Source: Candidatus Cloacimonadota bacterium
GTDB lineage: Bacteria; Cloacimonadota; Cloacimonadia; G963667145
Reading direction: 5' to 3'
DNA length: 64,000 bases
Assembly (NCBI GenBank): GCA_963676515.1
Contig: OY781061.1
Span: forward strand, 386,890 to 450,889
Each line of letters starts with the position of its first letter. Position 1 is the stretch's first letter. Made by a program: the position numbers and the translations under genes. Under the pieces are notes generated by a model. The model saw only the letters and a program-made list of their open reading frames with translations. It was not told where the DNA came from and ran no database searches. Of this stretch, positions 12,967 to 24,182 are shown piece by piece.

Positions 12967-13066
12967 TTTTGATTCTCTTTAATTATCTCACCACTTCTAT
13001 AAAATTTCTCTTCAAAAGATCTAAAACAAACTATTCTTTTAAGGTCTAAAACCTTTTCTGACTAAA

Positions 13067-13390
13067 TTATAAAACAATCCCTATCAGCAATATTGCAAGA
13101 ACAACTCCAACAACCGCAACAGCTGTACCTTGAACTTGTCTCTTTAAGTATGATGGGTCTTCCTTGTATTCTATTTTTTCAGTTGTAATCTTTTTCACTT
13201 CATCATATTTATAAATTATTATCGATTTATCGTTCTTTTCTATTTTGATCGTTTTGTTCGGGATATTTTCAACAACGACACCTTTTATTATATTTCCATT
13301 TTTCAACTCAATAACATCAACATCTTTTGTTGCTGCAAATATTGGCAAAGAACACATCGCCATTGCAATTAAAATAGCTATCTTCTTCAT
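13067..13390 (-). CDS. 107-aa exported, C-terminally membrane-anchored protein encoded inside the rRNA operon spacer (between tRNA-Ala and 23S)
   Basis: Signal peptide MKKIAILIAMAMCSLPIFA, K/I-rich beta-type domain, C-terminal TM GTAVAVVGVVLAILLIGIVL; SD AAGGGG 6 nt upstream; same strand as rRNAs. Confidence 0.55.
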   Translation of the reverse strand: MKKIAILIAMAMCSLPIFAATKDVDVIELKNGNIIKGVVVENIPNKTIKIEKNDKSIIIYKYDEVKKITTEKIEYKEDPSYLKRQVQGTAVAVVGVVLAILLIGIVL

Positions 13391-13478
13391 TGTTTCCCCT
13401 TTTCTATTTCGATTTTTCTATCTCGATTTTTATTCGATTTTTTTTGAAAAGCACAAATATTATGCTTTTAAAAAAAAA

Positions 13479-13554
13479 TGGTGGAGGATAACGGATTCGA
13501 ACCGTTGACATCCTGCTTGCAAAGCAGACGCTCTACCAGCTGAGCTAATCCCCC
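13479..13554 (-). tRNA. tRNA-Ala (anticodon TGC)
   Basis: Complement GGGGGATTAGCTCAGCTGGTAGAGCGTCTGCTTTGCAAGCAGGATGTCAACGGTTCGAATCCGTTATCCTCCACCA. Confidence 0.95.
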
Positions 13555-13690
13555 AGCAAATTGCAAAGCAATTTGCAATTAGAAATTAATAGTTATGAGT
13601 TAAAGCTGCCTCTACTCGCTCTTCTTTTTCCCACTTAATTATTAACTTTTAATTATTAATTTCAATTTTCACATCTGAAAGATGTGAAAA

Positions 13691-13767
<77 letters not shown>

Positions 13768-13830
13768 ATTAGAATAAAAATTGCGTAGAGTAAACCAAAG
13801 CCAATCGCTTTGTTCTGTGTTTTCCTTTAA

Positions 13831-15396
<1,566 letters not shown>

Positions 15397-15959
15397 AATA
15401 AATTATAATTTGATTGACTTTTTTTAGGTTTACTCTACACTTCTATAAATTTTTTTCTTTCAAGTATCTGTCTCAATTGTGTGTGCATATTTTATTGTGA
15501 GCTTTTTGTGTCAACCCAATTTCTTGGATTTTAAAAAACAAAAAAATACCTTGCCTTCAACTTCTAAAATGTTTCAAATTTTCAATCGGAGGCTAGTTAC
15601 TCTGCATCAACTTCATCTGCTAAATCTCAATTGTAGCTCGTTTGTATTTTACGCTGGTTTTGAGTCAATACAAAAGTTTGCTTTTTTATGCCTACTGTGA
15701 CAACGATTGTGGCTATCTTATTTTTTTACTTTATGTTCTCTATTTTGAATCTTATAAGCAATAAGCACACTCTTAATCAAAGAGGGGTTTAAATCCTAAA
15801 ATCAAACCATAAAAAAAAGCGAGTGGCAAAAAAACCACCCTCTTAAACCTCGTTCCCAAGTTTTACTTGGGACTGCATGCGAAACAAAACATATACGCTC
15901 CCAAGCTGGAGCTTGAGAGTGAGAAAAAAAGAGTGGAAAATATTACCAAAAACTATCTC

Positions 15960-16409
15960 TTAAATTTCTGTCTCCATCCGCGGAGCTTGTCCGTAGTTGA
16001 ATTTGCCTTGGAAATATTTTTGCTGGATGGAAGCTGCCTCTTTACTCCAAACTTCCAGACCAAGGAGTTTGATGCGGCAGAGATTGTAAACTTTGGTGTT
16101 GTTCAAGACTTTGTCCGCCATATCTGCTACGGGCATCAGATATTCGCAAGGGAACTCGTCGCATTCCGAGCAGTTGTGCAGTCCCTTGCTAGCTACGCAA
16201 TTTTTGGTCTTGCAACCCTCTCCCGCTGTCATCGGCATTTCACATGAGCAACCCGCATCACTCCGACAGCCAGCACAAGGGATATCTTCGGGCTTAGCTC
16301 CCACCTGCTCTGCTATTTGCTCTGCTAGCTCTTGACTGATATTACCCTCATAAACAGCACAAGCAAAGCAAGGCAACCCGCACGGGGCTGTCATTTTTTT
16401 TAAATCCAT
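15960..16409 (-). CDS. Cys-rich DUF3795-family protein (paralogue 2)
   Basis: APCGLPCFACAVY...IPCAGCRSD...CKTKNC...CSECDEFPCEY arrangement matches the DUF3795 pattern as I remember it. Confidence 0.55.
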   Translation of the reverse strand: MDLKKMTAPCGLPCFACAVYEGNISQELAEQIAEQVGAKPEDIPCAGCRSDAGCSCEMPMTAGEGCKTKNCVASKGLHNCSECDEFPCEYLMPVADMADKVLNNTKVYNLCRIKLLGLEVWSKEAASIQQKYFQGKFNYGQAPRMETEI

Positions 16410-16424
16410 TTTCTTTCTCCCTTT

Positions 16425-17579
16425 TTAATTACTCGTTTGGTTACTGCTGCTTTTTTTCTTCACAAATGTCGCTACGAGCAAAGAGAAAACACTCAAAACT
16501 GTGCCACCCAAGAAGGGGATGGTGGGATGAATGAGCCACAGATAGCCACCAACTACGGGCAATATCACCGCAGCGATGTGGTTAATGGTGAAGCTCACAG
16601 CGGTGCTAGAGGCGATATCCTCGGGTGCGGCAATTTTGTGGAAGTAGGTACGGATAGCCATCGAGCCATTGAAAGAGATGTGATCCAACACATAGAGCAC
16701 AGCTACCAACCACCTGTAGGGACAGTAGGCATAAGCGGTGAAGATGAAGATTAAACTTCCGTATTCTGCAAATAAAATGGGTCGCTCACCAAACTTGCGA
16801 ATAGATTTGGCGACAAACGGTGCTAGGAAATAGTTGATGGCGTTGTTGAAGATAAAAAGCAAGGTGATTTCTTGAATAGAGAAGGAGAATTTCTCTACCA
16901 GTAAAAAAACGGAAAAAACCATAAAGATTTGTCGCCTAGCTCCCGAGAGCAAAGTCAGAAGATAAAAAATGGTGTATTTTTTTCGTAAGACGAATTTTTT
17001 CTGCTGAACCTTACTCACGGGGATATTTGGAGCGGAAAATAAGCCCCAAATGCCTGCCAAGATTACCAATATTCCCAAAATCGAGAACATCACCTTATAA
17101 GACAAAAAGTAAGATAATACCAAAATGCTGAGTCCGACCGTGATGGAGACCAAGGACATAATGCTGCGTTGATTGCCCAAGACCAATGGCGATTGATACT
17201 CGTCAAAATTTTGCAAGATTAGCGATTGGTTGGTCGTCTCGTAGTAATGGAAGCCGAAGCTCATCACCAGAGTCGAGATCAGCAGTCCGCTGAATGTCGG
17301 CATAAATCCAGCACTGACGATGCCTGCTCCCAGCAAGATGATGGACAAAGCCGAGAGGTGATGCTCTTTGATTAGGACTATCACAAAAATAGCCAACATC
17401 GCCAAAAATCCCGGTATCTCTCGCACCGACTGGATGATGCCCATATGGAGTCCGTTGACTCCGACCACTTCCACAGCGAAATTATTGAACAGAGTCCGCC
17501 AGCCTTGCAGACCTACGGTGGACGCCATCGTCAAAATGAGCAGATACCAATACACTGGGTTTTGTTTTATTTTTTGCAA
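16425..17579 (-). CDS. MFS-type transporter
   Basis: 384 aa, about 12 predicted TM helices with MFS-like organisation; 3-nt gap to tag. Confidence 0.55.
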   Translation of the reverse strand: MQKIKQNPVYWYLLILTMASTVGLQGWRTLFNNFAVEVVGVNGLHMGIIQSVREIPGFLAMLAIFVIVLIKEHHLSALSIILLGAGIVSAGFMPTFSGLLISTLVMSFGFHYYETTNQSLILQNFDEYQSPLVLGNQRSIMSLVSITVGLSILVLSYFLSYKVMFSILGILVILAGIWGLFSAPNIPVSKVQQKKFVLRKKYTIFYLLTLLSGARRQIFMVFSVFLLVEKFSFSIQEITLLFIFNNAINYFLAPFVAKSIRKFGERPILFAEYGSLIFIFTAYAYCPYRWLVAVLYVLDHISFNGSMAIRTYFHKIAAPEDIASSTAVSFTINHIAAVILPVVGGYLWLIHPTIPFLGGTVLSVFSLLVATFVKKKSSSNQTSN

Positions 17580-17582
17580 AGT

Positions 17583-18164
17583 TTACTCCTTATTATTTAA
17601 CTCTTGCCACCTAAAGCAGTCTGTGGTATGGTCGTTGACCATCCCTACAGCTTGCATAAATGCGTAGCAAATCGTAGGTCCCACAAAACTAAAGCCTCGC
17701 TTTTTTAGCTCAGCACTCATCTTTTGCGAGAGTTTGGTAGAAACAGGCACTTCTTCCTGAGATTGCCAAGAGTTACAGATAGTCGCACCATCCACAAAAC
17801 TCCAGAGGTAAGCGTCCAAGCTGCCATATTCGTCCACAATCTTCAACACCGCTTGAGCGTTTTGCACAGAGGAGTTTACCTTGCGAGCATTACGGATAAT
17901 CCCAGAGTCAGACAAAAGTCGCTCGATATCCTCTTTTCCGTAATCAGCGATTATGCGGAAATCGAAGTTGTGAAAAGCTCGTCGATAGTTCTCTCGCTTG
18001 CGGAGGATCGTCAGCCAGCTGAGTCCAGCTTGTGCTCCTTCCAAGATTAGGAACTCAAAGAGAAGCCTGTCATCGTGCAATGGCACTCCCCACTGCGAGT
18101 CGTGATAGGCAATATAAAGCGGATCGTCTGTGCACCAAGTGCATCTTGTCTTGGCAGAGTTCAT
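17583..18164 (-). CDS. tag: DNA-3-methyladenine glycosylase I
   Basis: DPLYIAYHDSQWGVP...FEFLILEGAQAGLSWLTILRKRENYRRAF closely parallels E. coli Tag. Confidence 0.9.
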   Translation of the reverse strand: MNSAKTRCTWCTDDPLYIAYHDSQWGVPLHDDRLLFEFLILEGAQAGLSWLTILRKRENYRRAFHNFDFRIIADYGKEDIERLLSDSGIIRNARKVNSSVQNAQAVLKIVDEYGSLDAYLWSFVDGATICNSWQSQEEVPVSTKLSQKMSAELKKRGFSFVGPTICYAFMQAVGMVNDHTTDCFRWQELNNKE

Positions 18165-18511
18165 TTTACAGGGCGGTTATAATTTCCCGATTCTGTCATC
18201 TCTTGAGCAAATTTATCCAAGCCAACAGATTTGATTTTGGCGATACAACTTTTTCTGTCTGATTTGAACAGAAGTGCAAAAATTTTAGATATCCAATTGT
18301 TGAATTTTTTGCAATCGTTGGGATCGGCATAAGAGGTGCACTCTGCACAAGTTGAATAATTGTTTTTAATACAGCAAGTTCTGAGCTTGCACCAAGTCGC
18401 TTTCGTATATTCGTGGCAGCCTACGCATTTACCGCTCAGATATCGTCTGCAAGTCCCACAATAAAGCCCGCAATAGGCAATGAGGCTGGTATCTTTTTTT
18501 GCTTCTCTCAT
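18161..18511 (-). CDS. Cys-rich DUF3795-family protein (paralogue 1)
   Basis: IAYCGLYCGTCRRY...CVGCHEY...CKLRTCCIKNNYSTCAEC; ATGA start/stop overlaps with both uvrA (upstream) and tag (downstream). Confidence 0.55.
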   Translation of the reverse strand: MREAKKDTSLIAYCGLYCGTCRRYLSGKCVGCHEYTKATWCKLRTCCIKNNYSTCAECTSYADPNDCKKFNNWISKIFALLFKSDRKSCIAKIKSVGLDKFAQEMTESGNYNRPVK

Positions 18512-21360
18512 TTTTTCTCCTTATTTTGTTTCCCTCGCTCTGCCAAAAACTGTCCCGTAAAGCTCTCAGGCACTGCTGCGACCTGCGACACCGTGCCAGT
18601 GGCTACCACCTGCCCTCCACCATCTCCACCATCGGGACCGAGGTCGATGATGTAGTCACTAGCGGCGATGACATCCAGATTGTGCTCAATGACGATAATC
18701 GTATTGCCCATATCCACCAAGCGGTAGAGCACCTGCAAGAGCTTGTTGATATCGTCGAAGTGCAGTCCAGTGGTCGGCTCATCCAGTAGATAGAGCGTCT
18801 TGCCCGTGGACATCTTGGATAGCTCGCGAGCCAGCTTAATCCTCTGTGCTTCACCTCCCGAGAGTGTCGTGGACGATTGCCCCAGCTTGACATAGTCTAA
18901 CCCTACATCCACCAGCGTTTGCAACTTCATACGGATAGCAGGGATATTCTCAAAAAGCTCCAAAGCTTTGGAAATCTCCAAATCGAGGACATCAGCGATG
19001 TTGTAACCTTTATACTTTATCGTCAAGGTCTGCTCATTGTAACGCCTGCCGTGGCACACGCTACACGGCACGAAGACATCGGGCAAGAAGTGCATCTCGA
19101 TTTGCTTCAAGCCATTGCCACCGCAAGCCTCACAGCGACCGCCTTTCACATTGAATGAGAAGCGACCAGCATTGAAGCCATGCAACTTGGCAGCAGGCAG
19201 AGAGGCAAAAAGTTTGCGGATCTCGTCAAAAACCTTGATATAAGTCGCTGGATTGGAGCGAGGCGTCCTGCCGATGGGTGTCTGGTCGATGTTGATTACC
19301 TTGTCGAAATATTTGTCGCCAGTTATCTTTTTGTGCTTGCCCACCGAATGCTTACTGCGATTGATCTTATTTGCCAAGTAAGGGTACACTATCTGATTGA
19401 CCAGCGAAGATTTACCACCACCTGACACACCTGTCACGCAGGTGAACAAACCCACGGGGAACGCCACATCAATCTGCTTGAGATTGTTCTGTGCCGCACC
19501 ATACACCCGTAGCATCTGCCTACCCTTCTTTCGCTTGCGAGAGGGGACTTCTATCTTCTTGACTCCACTCAAGTACTGACCAGTGAGCGATTTAGGGTTT
19601 GCCATTATCTCGGCGATGTTGCCCTGAGCGACCACCTGTCCACCGTGGCAACCAGCCAATGGTCCAAAGTCCACAATCTGATCACAGCTCTCCATCATCT
19701 CCTGATCGTGTTCCACCACCAACACGGTGTTCCCCAAATCTTTCAGCCTCTGGAGCATCCTGATGAGAGCTCTATTGTCCCGCTGATGCAGTCCGACAGA
19801 CGGCTCATCCAAAATGTACATCACTCCCACGAGTCCACTGCCTATCTGGCTGGCAAGCCTTATCCGCTGGGCTTCTCCACCAGAAAGCGTGGGTGCTGAG
19901 CGATTGAGGTTCAGGTAATGCAAGCCGACTTCTCGCAAAAAAGTGAGCCGATTGATAATCTCTTTGAGTATCTCGGTGGCTATCTGCAAATCTTCGCCTG
20001 CCAACTGCAAATTCGTGAAATAATCCAAAGATTTGGAGACAGACATCCGCACGATTTGGTCAATATTGCGTCCATCCACTAGCACAGCAAGGCTTTTGGA
20101 GTTGAGCTTTTTGCCATGGCAGTGCGGGCACACCTCTTCGCCCATAAAGCTCAAATAATATTTCCGCATATAAGAAGAGCCCGTGCTTTTTAGTCGCCGA
20201 GCCAGCGTCGGCACAACTCCCTCAAATCCGCTATCGAAATTATACTCGCCTCGTTTGGAACTCCAAACCACATTTACAGAAGTTTCGTGTCCGTAGAGAA
20301 TAGCTTCTTGGACTTTCGCAGGCAAATCTTTCCACGGAGTTTTCAGACTAAAATCCAGATTCTTCGCCAAGCCAGTAACCATCTGATACTCCAGACTATC
20401 TGTTTTCTCGCTCAGCTCTTTCCACGGTTTCACGGCACCATTCCACAGCGAGAGATTTTCGTCTGGCACTATTTTCTTGGGGTCAAAATCAAACAAAATT
20501 CCCAAACCGTTGCAGTGCTCACACATCCCAATGGGACTATTGAAAGAAAAAGATTGCGGCGACAAATCGTCAAAACCTACTCCGCAATCGGCACAAGAAT
20601 TTTTCTCGGACAGCATCTCTTGCTCTGCTGTATCTGGATAATCGACCTTGAGAAAACCGCCGCTCAGTCGCAAAGCAGTCTCGATGGAATCCGCCAAGCG
20701 GGAACGAATCTCGGGCTTGAGCACGAGGCGATCCACCACGACATCTATCGTGTGCTTGCTTTTTTTGTCCAAAGCTATTTCCTCGGAAAGGTCACGAACT
20801 TTGCCGTTAATCATTATGCGGGCAAACCCCTCTTTCCTAGCCTCTTCGATCTCCTTGCTGTGAGTTCCCTTTCTGTTTTTCACCAGCGGCGCAAGGATTT
20901 GGAGCTTGCTCTCCTCTGGTCGCTTATAGATGTGCTCCAATATTTGATCCACCGACTGGCTGCCTACAGGCTTACCACACAGGTGACAATGCTGTCTTCC
21001 GACTCTGGCGAAAAGCAATCGCAGGTAATCGTAAATCTCCGTAATCGTGCCCACTGTGGAGCGAGGATTTTTGGAAGCCGTCTTTTGCTCGATAGAAATA
21101 GCTGGGGACAACCCTTCGATGTAATCGACATTGGGCTTCTCCATCTGCCCCAAGAACTGCCGTGCGTAGCTGGAGAGGCTCTCCACATATCGCCTTTGCC
21201 CCTCGGCGTAGAGCGTATCAAAAGCCAGCGAAGACTTACCAGAACCAGACACACCCGTGAACACCACCAGCGAATCACGCGGGATAGTCAGATCAACATT
21301 TTTGAGATTATGCTCACCAGCACCTTTTACGATTATTTTGTTTTTCATAATTACATCCAA
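18508..21360 (-). CDS. uvrA: Excinuclease ABC subunit A
   Basis: 950 aa; near-identical motif order to E. coli UvrA (two ABC ATPase modules, [28 protein letters not shown], zinc-finger Cys clusters). Confidence 0.97.
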   Translation of the reverse strand: MDVIMKNKIIVKGAGEHNLKNVDLTIPRDSLVVFTGVSGSGKSSLAFDTLYAEGQRRYVESLSSYARQFLGQMEKPNVDYIEGLSPAISIEQKTASKNPRSTVGTITEIYDYLRLLFARVGRQHCHLCGKPVGSQSVDQILEHIYKRPEESKLQILAPLVKNRKGTHSKEIEEARKEGFARIMINGKVRDLSEEIALDKKSKHTIDVVVDRLVLKPEIRSRLADSIETALRLSGGFLKVDYPDTAEQEMLSEKNSCADCGVGFDDLSPQSFSFNSPIGMCEHCNGLGILFDFDPKKIVPDENLSLWNGAVKPWKELSEKTDSLEYQMVTGLAKNLDFSLKTPWKDLPAKVQEAILYGHETSVNVVWSSKRGEYNFDSGFEGVVPTLARRLKSTGSSYMRKYYLSFMGEEVCPHCHGKKLNSKSLAVLVDGRNIDQIVRMSVSKSLDYFTNLQLAGEDLQIATEILKEIINRLTFLREVGLHYLNLNRSAPTLSGGEAQRIRLASQIGSGLVGVMYILDEPSVGLHQRDNRALIRMLQRLKDLGNTVLVVEHDQEMMESCDQIVDFGPLAGCHGGQVVAQGNIAEIMANPKSLTGQYLSGVKKIEVPSRKRKKGRQMLRVYGAAQNNLKQIDVAFPVGLFTCVTGVSGGGKSSLVNQIVYPYLANKINRSKHSVGKHKKITGDKYFDKVINIDQTPIGRTPRSNPATYIKVFDEIRKLFASLPAAKLHGFNAGRFSFNVKGGRCEACGGNGLKQIEMHFLPDVFVPCSVCHGRRYNEQTLTIKYKGYNIADVLDLEISKALELFENIPAIRMKLQTLVDVGLDYVKLGQSSTTLSGGEAQRIKLARELSKMSTGKTLYLLDEPTTGLHFDDINKLLQVLYRLVDMGNTIIVIEHNLDVIAASDYIIDLGPDGGDGGGQVVATGTVSQVAAVPESFTGQFLAERGKQNKEKK

Positions 21361-21372
21361 ACACTTTTATTT

Positions 21373-21903
21373 TTACTCATTTGCATTACCGCTATTAAAT
21401 TTATCGTCACCCCAATTCTGAGGATTTTCTATTATGTAATTTTTAATACGATTATATTCATTGTTGTTTCTAACAATATGATCGTAATAATTTGATTGAA
21501 AAAAATGATTGTTTTTATTGTATTTAGGTATGTCTAATTCTTGAAAATCAATATGAGCATCAATTTTTGAATTTATCGCTGATTTAAATCCAGCAAAAAA
21601 TGATGAAATTGATTTTGGTTTACGGAAAAATTTTTGTTCGGGGGTTCGTAGAGACGCACGGCCGTGCGTCTCTACGAACAAAACAACAATGGCGTGAATA
21701 TGATTTGGCATTATTATATATTCGTCCAAAAACAATTCATCACGAATTTTAAACGATTTCAACAATTCATTTTCCACAATTTTCCCAAATTCTGACAAAA
21801 CAATTTTATTGTTTTCAATATTCCCCAAATTACAAACACGATTTTGGGTGACAATGGTTAAAAAATAAACACCATTACCTGAATAATCCCAATTAGGCAT
21901 CCG
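21373..21903 (-). CDS. IS200-like/RAYT-type Y1 HUH transposase-family protein, standalone (no terminal IS structures)
   Basis: HUH motif [10 protein letters not shown], catalytic-Tyr region [29 protein letters not shown]-terminal [13 protein letters not shown]; start assigned to MPNWDYS (track ORF extends a further 58 codons upstream in the same frame). Confidence 0.75.
   Translation of the reverse strand, partial: RMPNWDYSGNGVYFLTIVTQNRVCNLGNIENNKIVLSEFGKIVENELLKSFKIRDELFLDEYIIMPNHIHAIVVLFVETHGRASLRTPEQKFFRKPKSISSFFAGFKSAINSKIDAHIDFQELDIPKYNKNNHFFQSNYYDHIVRNNNEYNRIKNYIIENPQNWGDDKFNSGNANE
21644..21679. repeat. Perfect 36-bp GC-rich palindrome GTTCGTAGAGACGCACGG|CCGTGCGTCTCTACGAAC inside the RAYT-like CDS
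   Basis: Left half is the exact reverse complement of the right half; about 61% GC in an AT-rich gene; encodes [13 protein letters not shown] in frame. Confidence 0.9.
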
Positions 21904-22184
21904 ATGTGATTTTATACGATATTTATTTTGGTATTTTTCCACTATTAAACCTAAAATTGATTGTATCAATCGTAGCAACTGCTTTGAGGAAATCTTTATA
22001 TGCGTCCATTTTAAGCAAGGTTTGCCTTTTAAAATTTTCATCCTTTCTCGAGAAGAAAAACTGTAAACTAGCCCCAACTATTACACCAATAATTGGCATT
22101 AAATATTTCACTGCTTCATCCACAATAATTGTTTCCTTTAAAACTAATCAACATCTTTCTACTTTACCACAACTATATTCTACT

Positions 22185-22826
22185 CTAAACATACACCGAG
22201 TATTTCTTCTCCAATCTCGCAAATACATTCACGATTACCGAAGTAAAAACCAGATAGAGAGCCGCAGCCAGCAAGAAGGGCAAAATATTGAAGTCACGCG
22301 AGAATATCTCCTTAGCAGAACGCAAAAGGTCGCCCATGCCGATTATCGCCACCAAGGCTGTGTCTTTGACCAGGGTAATGGCTTCATTGCAAGTGGCTGG
22401 CAACACTCGTCTGACGGTCTGAGGCAAGATAACTCTGCCCATCATCTGCCAGTAGCTCATTCCCAAGGCTTTAGAGACTTCATATTGCCCTTTGTCTATC
22501 GACTGGATGCCACCACGATATATCTCCGTGAAATACGCCGCATAGTTGAACACATAGGTGACAACCGCCGCCGTGAATGGCGAGAGACTGATGCCAAAGA
22601 TGGACAATCCGAAATAGACAAAAAACAGTTGCAAGAGCAAAGGCGTGCCTCTGACAGCCCAAGTGTAAAGTCCAATTAACCTTGCTGCTACAGGTCCGAG
22701 CGATAGTTTGCCCAAAGCAAATAAGATTCCCAGTGGAATAGAAAAAATTATCGTTACCGCATACAAACTCAGCGTAACACCACATCCTTTGATCAAATAT
22801 GACATAGTTTCCAACAAATAATCCAA
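22185..22826 (-). CDS. Polar amino-acid ABC transporter permease
   Basis: 213 aa, 5 TM helices, EAA-like loop (EAITLVKDTALVAIIGMGDLL) as in HisM/GlnP family. Confidence 0.8.
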   Translation of the reverse strand: MDYLLETMSYLIKGCGVTLSLYAVTIIFSIPLGILFALGKLSLGPVAARLIGLYTWAVRGTPLLLQLFFVYFGLSIFGISLSPFTAAVVTYVFNYAAYFTEIYRGGIQSIDKGQYEVSKALGMSYWQMMGRVILPQTVRRVLPATCNEAITLVKDTALVAIIGMGDLLRSAKEIFSRDFNILPFLLAAALYLVFTSVIVNVFARLEKKYSVYV

Positions 22827-22923
22827 AACAACTCCTTTCTCTTAAAATTCCACACAAAAAAACCGCCTACTTACTTCTACCACAAACCAGAAAGAAAATA
22901 GACGGTCGTCAATAAAAAACAGC

Positions 22924-23709
22924 TTATTTCAAAAGCACCGATTCACCAAACCATTTTTGAGAAATGTCATCGGCAGTACCGTCCACTTTTAGTTCCTGGA
23001 TAGCATCGCTCAACTTTTTGACGAACTCCTTGTCGGCTTTTCGCATGCCCACGCCATACTCCTCTTGTCCCAAGTTTTGCTCCAACACCAGATAAAGACC
23101 CGGCTTCTTGGCAATATAGTAGCGACCCACAATTTCGTCCACCACCACAGCGTCTATCCTGCCAGCTGCCAAGTCCATCAGGGCTTCCGTGTTGTTAGCG
23201 TACTTCCTCTGCTCATCGAGGGAGTTCTTCACCTTTTCGTTGTCATCCAGTGCTTTTTGACTGGACGAGCCCAATTGCAAGCCGACACTCTTGCCAGCTA
23301 AGTCATCCAATGTTTTTATGGTCGAGCCAACTGCCACCACGACGATCTGCCTGTTTGCCATATAAGCTGGCGAAAAATCTATCTTCTCTCTTCTTGCAGG
23401 GGTGATAGTAAGTCCGTTCCAAATAACATCAATATCGCCTTTGTTCAGCGACATCACTATTCCATCCCAATCTACAGGCTTGAACTCCGCTTGCAAGCCA
23501 AGTTTGGTAGCGGCAGCCTTAGCCAAATCTATATCAAATCCCACTATCTCACCGTCTTCACCTCTAAAGCCCATCGGAGGGAAGTTGTCATCTAGTCCAA
23601 CGACTATCACGCCCTTTTCCTCTATCTTGCTCCAACCATCTCCAGTCTCTTTGCAACCAAAGGCAAAGAGCAAACTTACCAACAACAAAAATCCCATAAA
23701 TTTCTTCAT
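22924..23709 (-). CDS. Amino-acid ABC transporter substrate-binding lipoprotein
   Basis: Signal + lipobox LLFAFGC; type-2 periplasmic binding fold signatures (IVVGLDDNFPPMGF, WNGLTITPARRE). Confidence 0.8.
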   Translation of the reverse strand: MKKFMGFLLLVSLLFAFGCKETGDGWSKIEEKGVIVVGLDDNFPPMGFRGEDGEIVGFDIDLAKAAATKLGLQAEFKPVDWDGIVMSLNKGDIDVIWNGLTITPARREKIDFSPAYMANRQIVVVAVGSTIKTLDDLAGKSVGLQLGSSSQKALDDNEKVKNSLDEQRKYANNTEALMDLAAGRIDAVVVDEIVGRYYIAKKPGLYLVLEQNLGQEEYGVGMRKADKEFVKKLSDAIQELKVDGTADDISQKWFGESVLLK

Positions 23710-24062
23710 TTCTTACTTCTCCTTAAAAATTAGATTTCTACGATTACAATATTGAAAGACAAAGAAAAAGCTGCTAAAAGATAGTCAAACCTTTAAAACA
23801 AAAATTGCATAAAACTTTGCTACAATAAAATGGTTTATAACTCGTTCACAGCGAACCTCAACGATTTAGACGAGAAAGGCTTTAATGTTCTGGATTATGC
23901 CATCGCAGACGAGAAAAAGGAAAATATAGTTTTCTTGAAAGAACTCGAACTAAGTTTCTCCAAAAATAAAAATAATTTTTATCGCTCTTATTTAGATTGG
24001 TAGCTCAAAAAAAATTCTATTTTGTTTGACACCGCAACGCCTAAAAATTGTATGGACTCGTT

Positions 24063-24137
24063 TCTGGAATAGCTCAGCGGTAGAGCGGGTGGCTGTTAAC
24101 CACTAGGTCGGGGGTTCGAATCCCTCTTCCAGAGCCA
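24063..24137 (+). tRNA. tRNA-Asn (anticodon GTT)
   Basis: TCTGGAATAGCTCAGCGGTAGAGCGGGTGGCTGTTAACCACTAGGTCGGGGGTTCGAATCCCTCTTCCAGAGCCA. Confidence 0.9.
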
Positions 24138-24146
24138 TTTTTTAAT

Positions 24147-24182
24147 AAGCATCTAATTTTGAAAGTTAGGTGCTTATTTTTT
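24147..24182. terminator. Bidirectional terminator between convergent tRNA-Asn and rlmN
   Basis: AAGCATCTAA-ttttgaaag-TTAGGTGCTT stem (one G.U) followed by ATTTTTTTG. Confidence 0.6.

Noticed and set aside
20287-21495. 402-aa ORF on the + strand
   Set aside because: Lies antisense to uvrA and the RAYT-like gene, has no recognisable domains and a low-complexity composition; long antisense ORFs opposite uvrA are a common artefact.
21906-22679. 257-aa ORF on the + strand
   Set aside because: Antisense to the well-supported amino-acid ABC permease; no motifs; treated as spurious.
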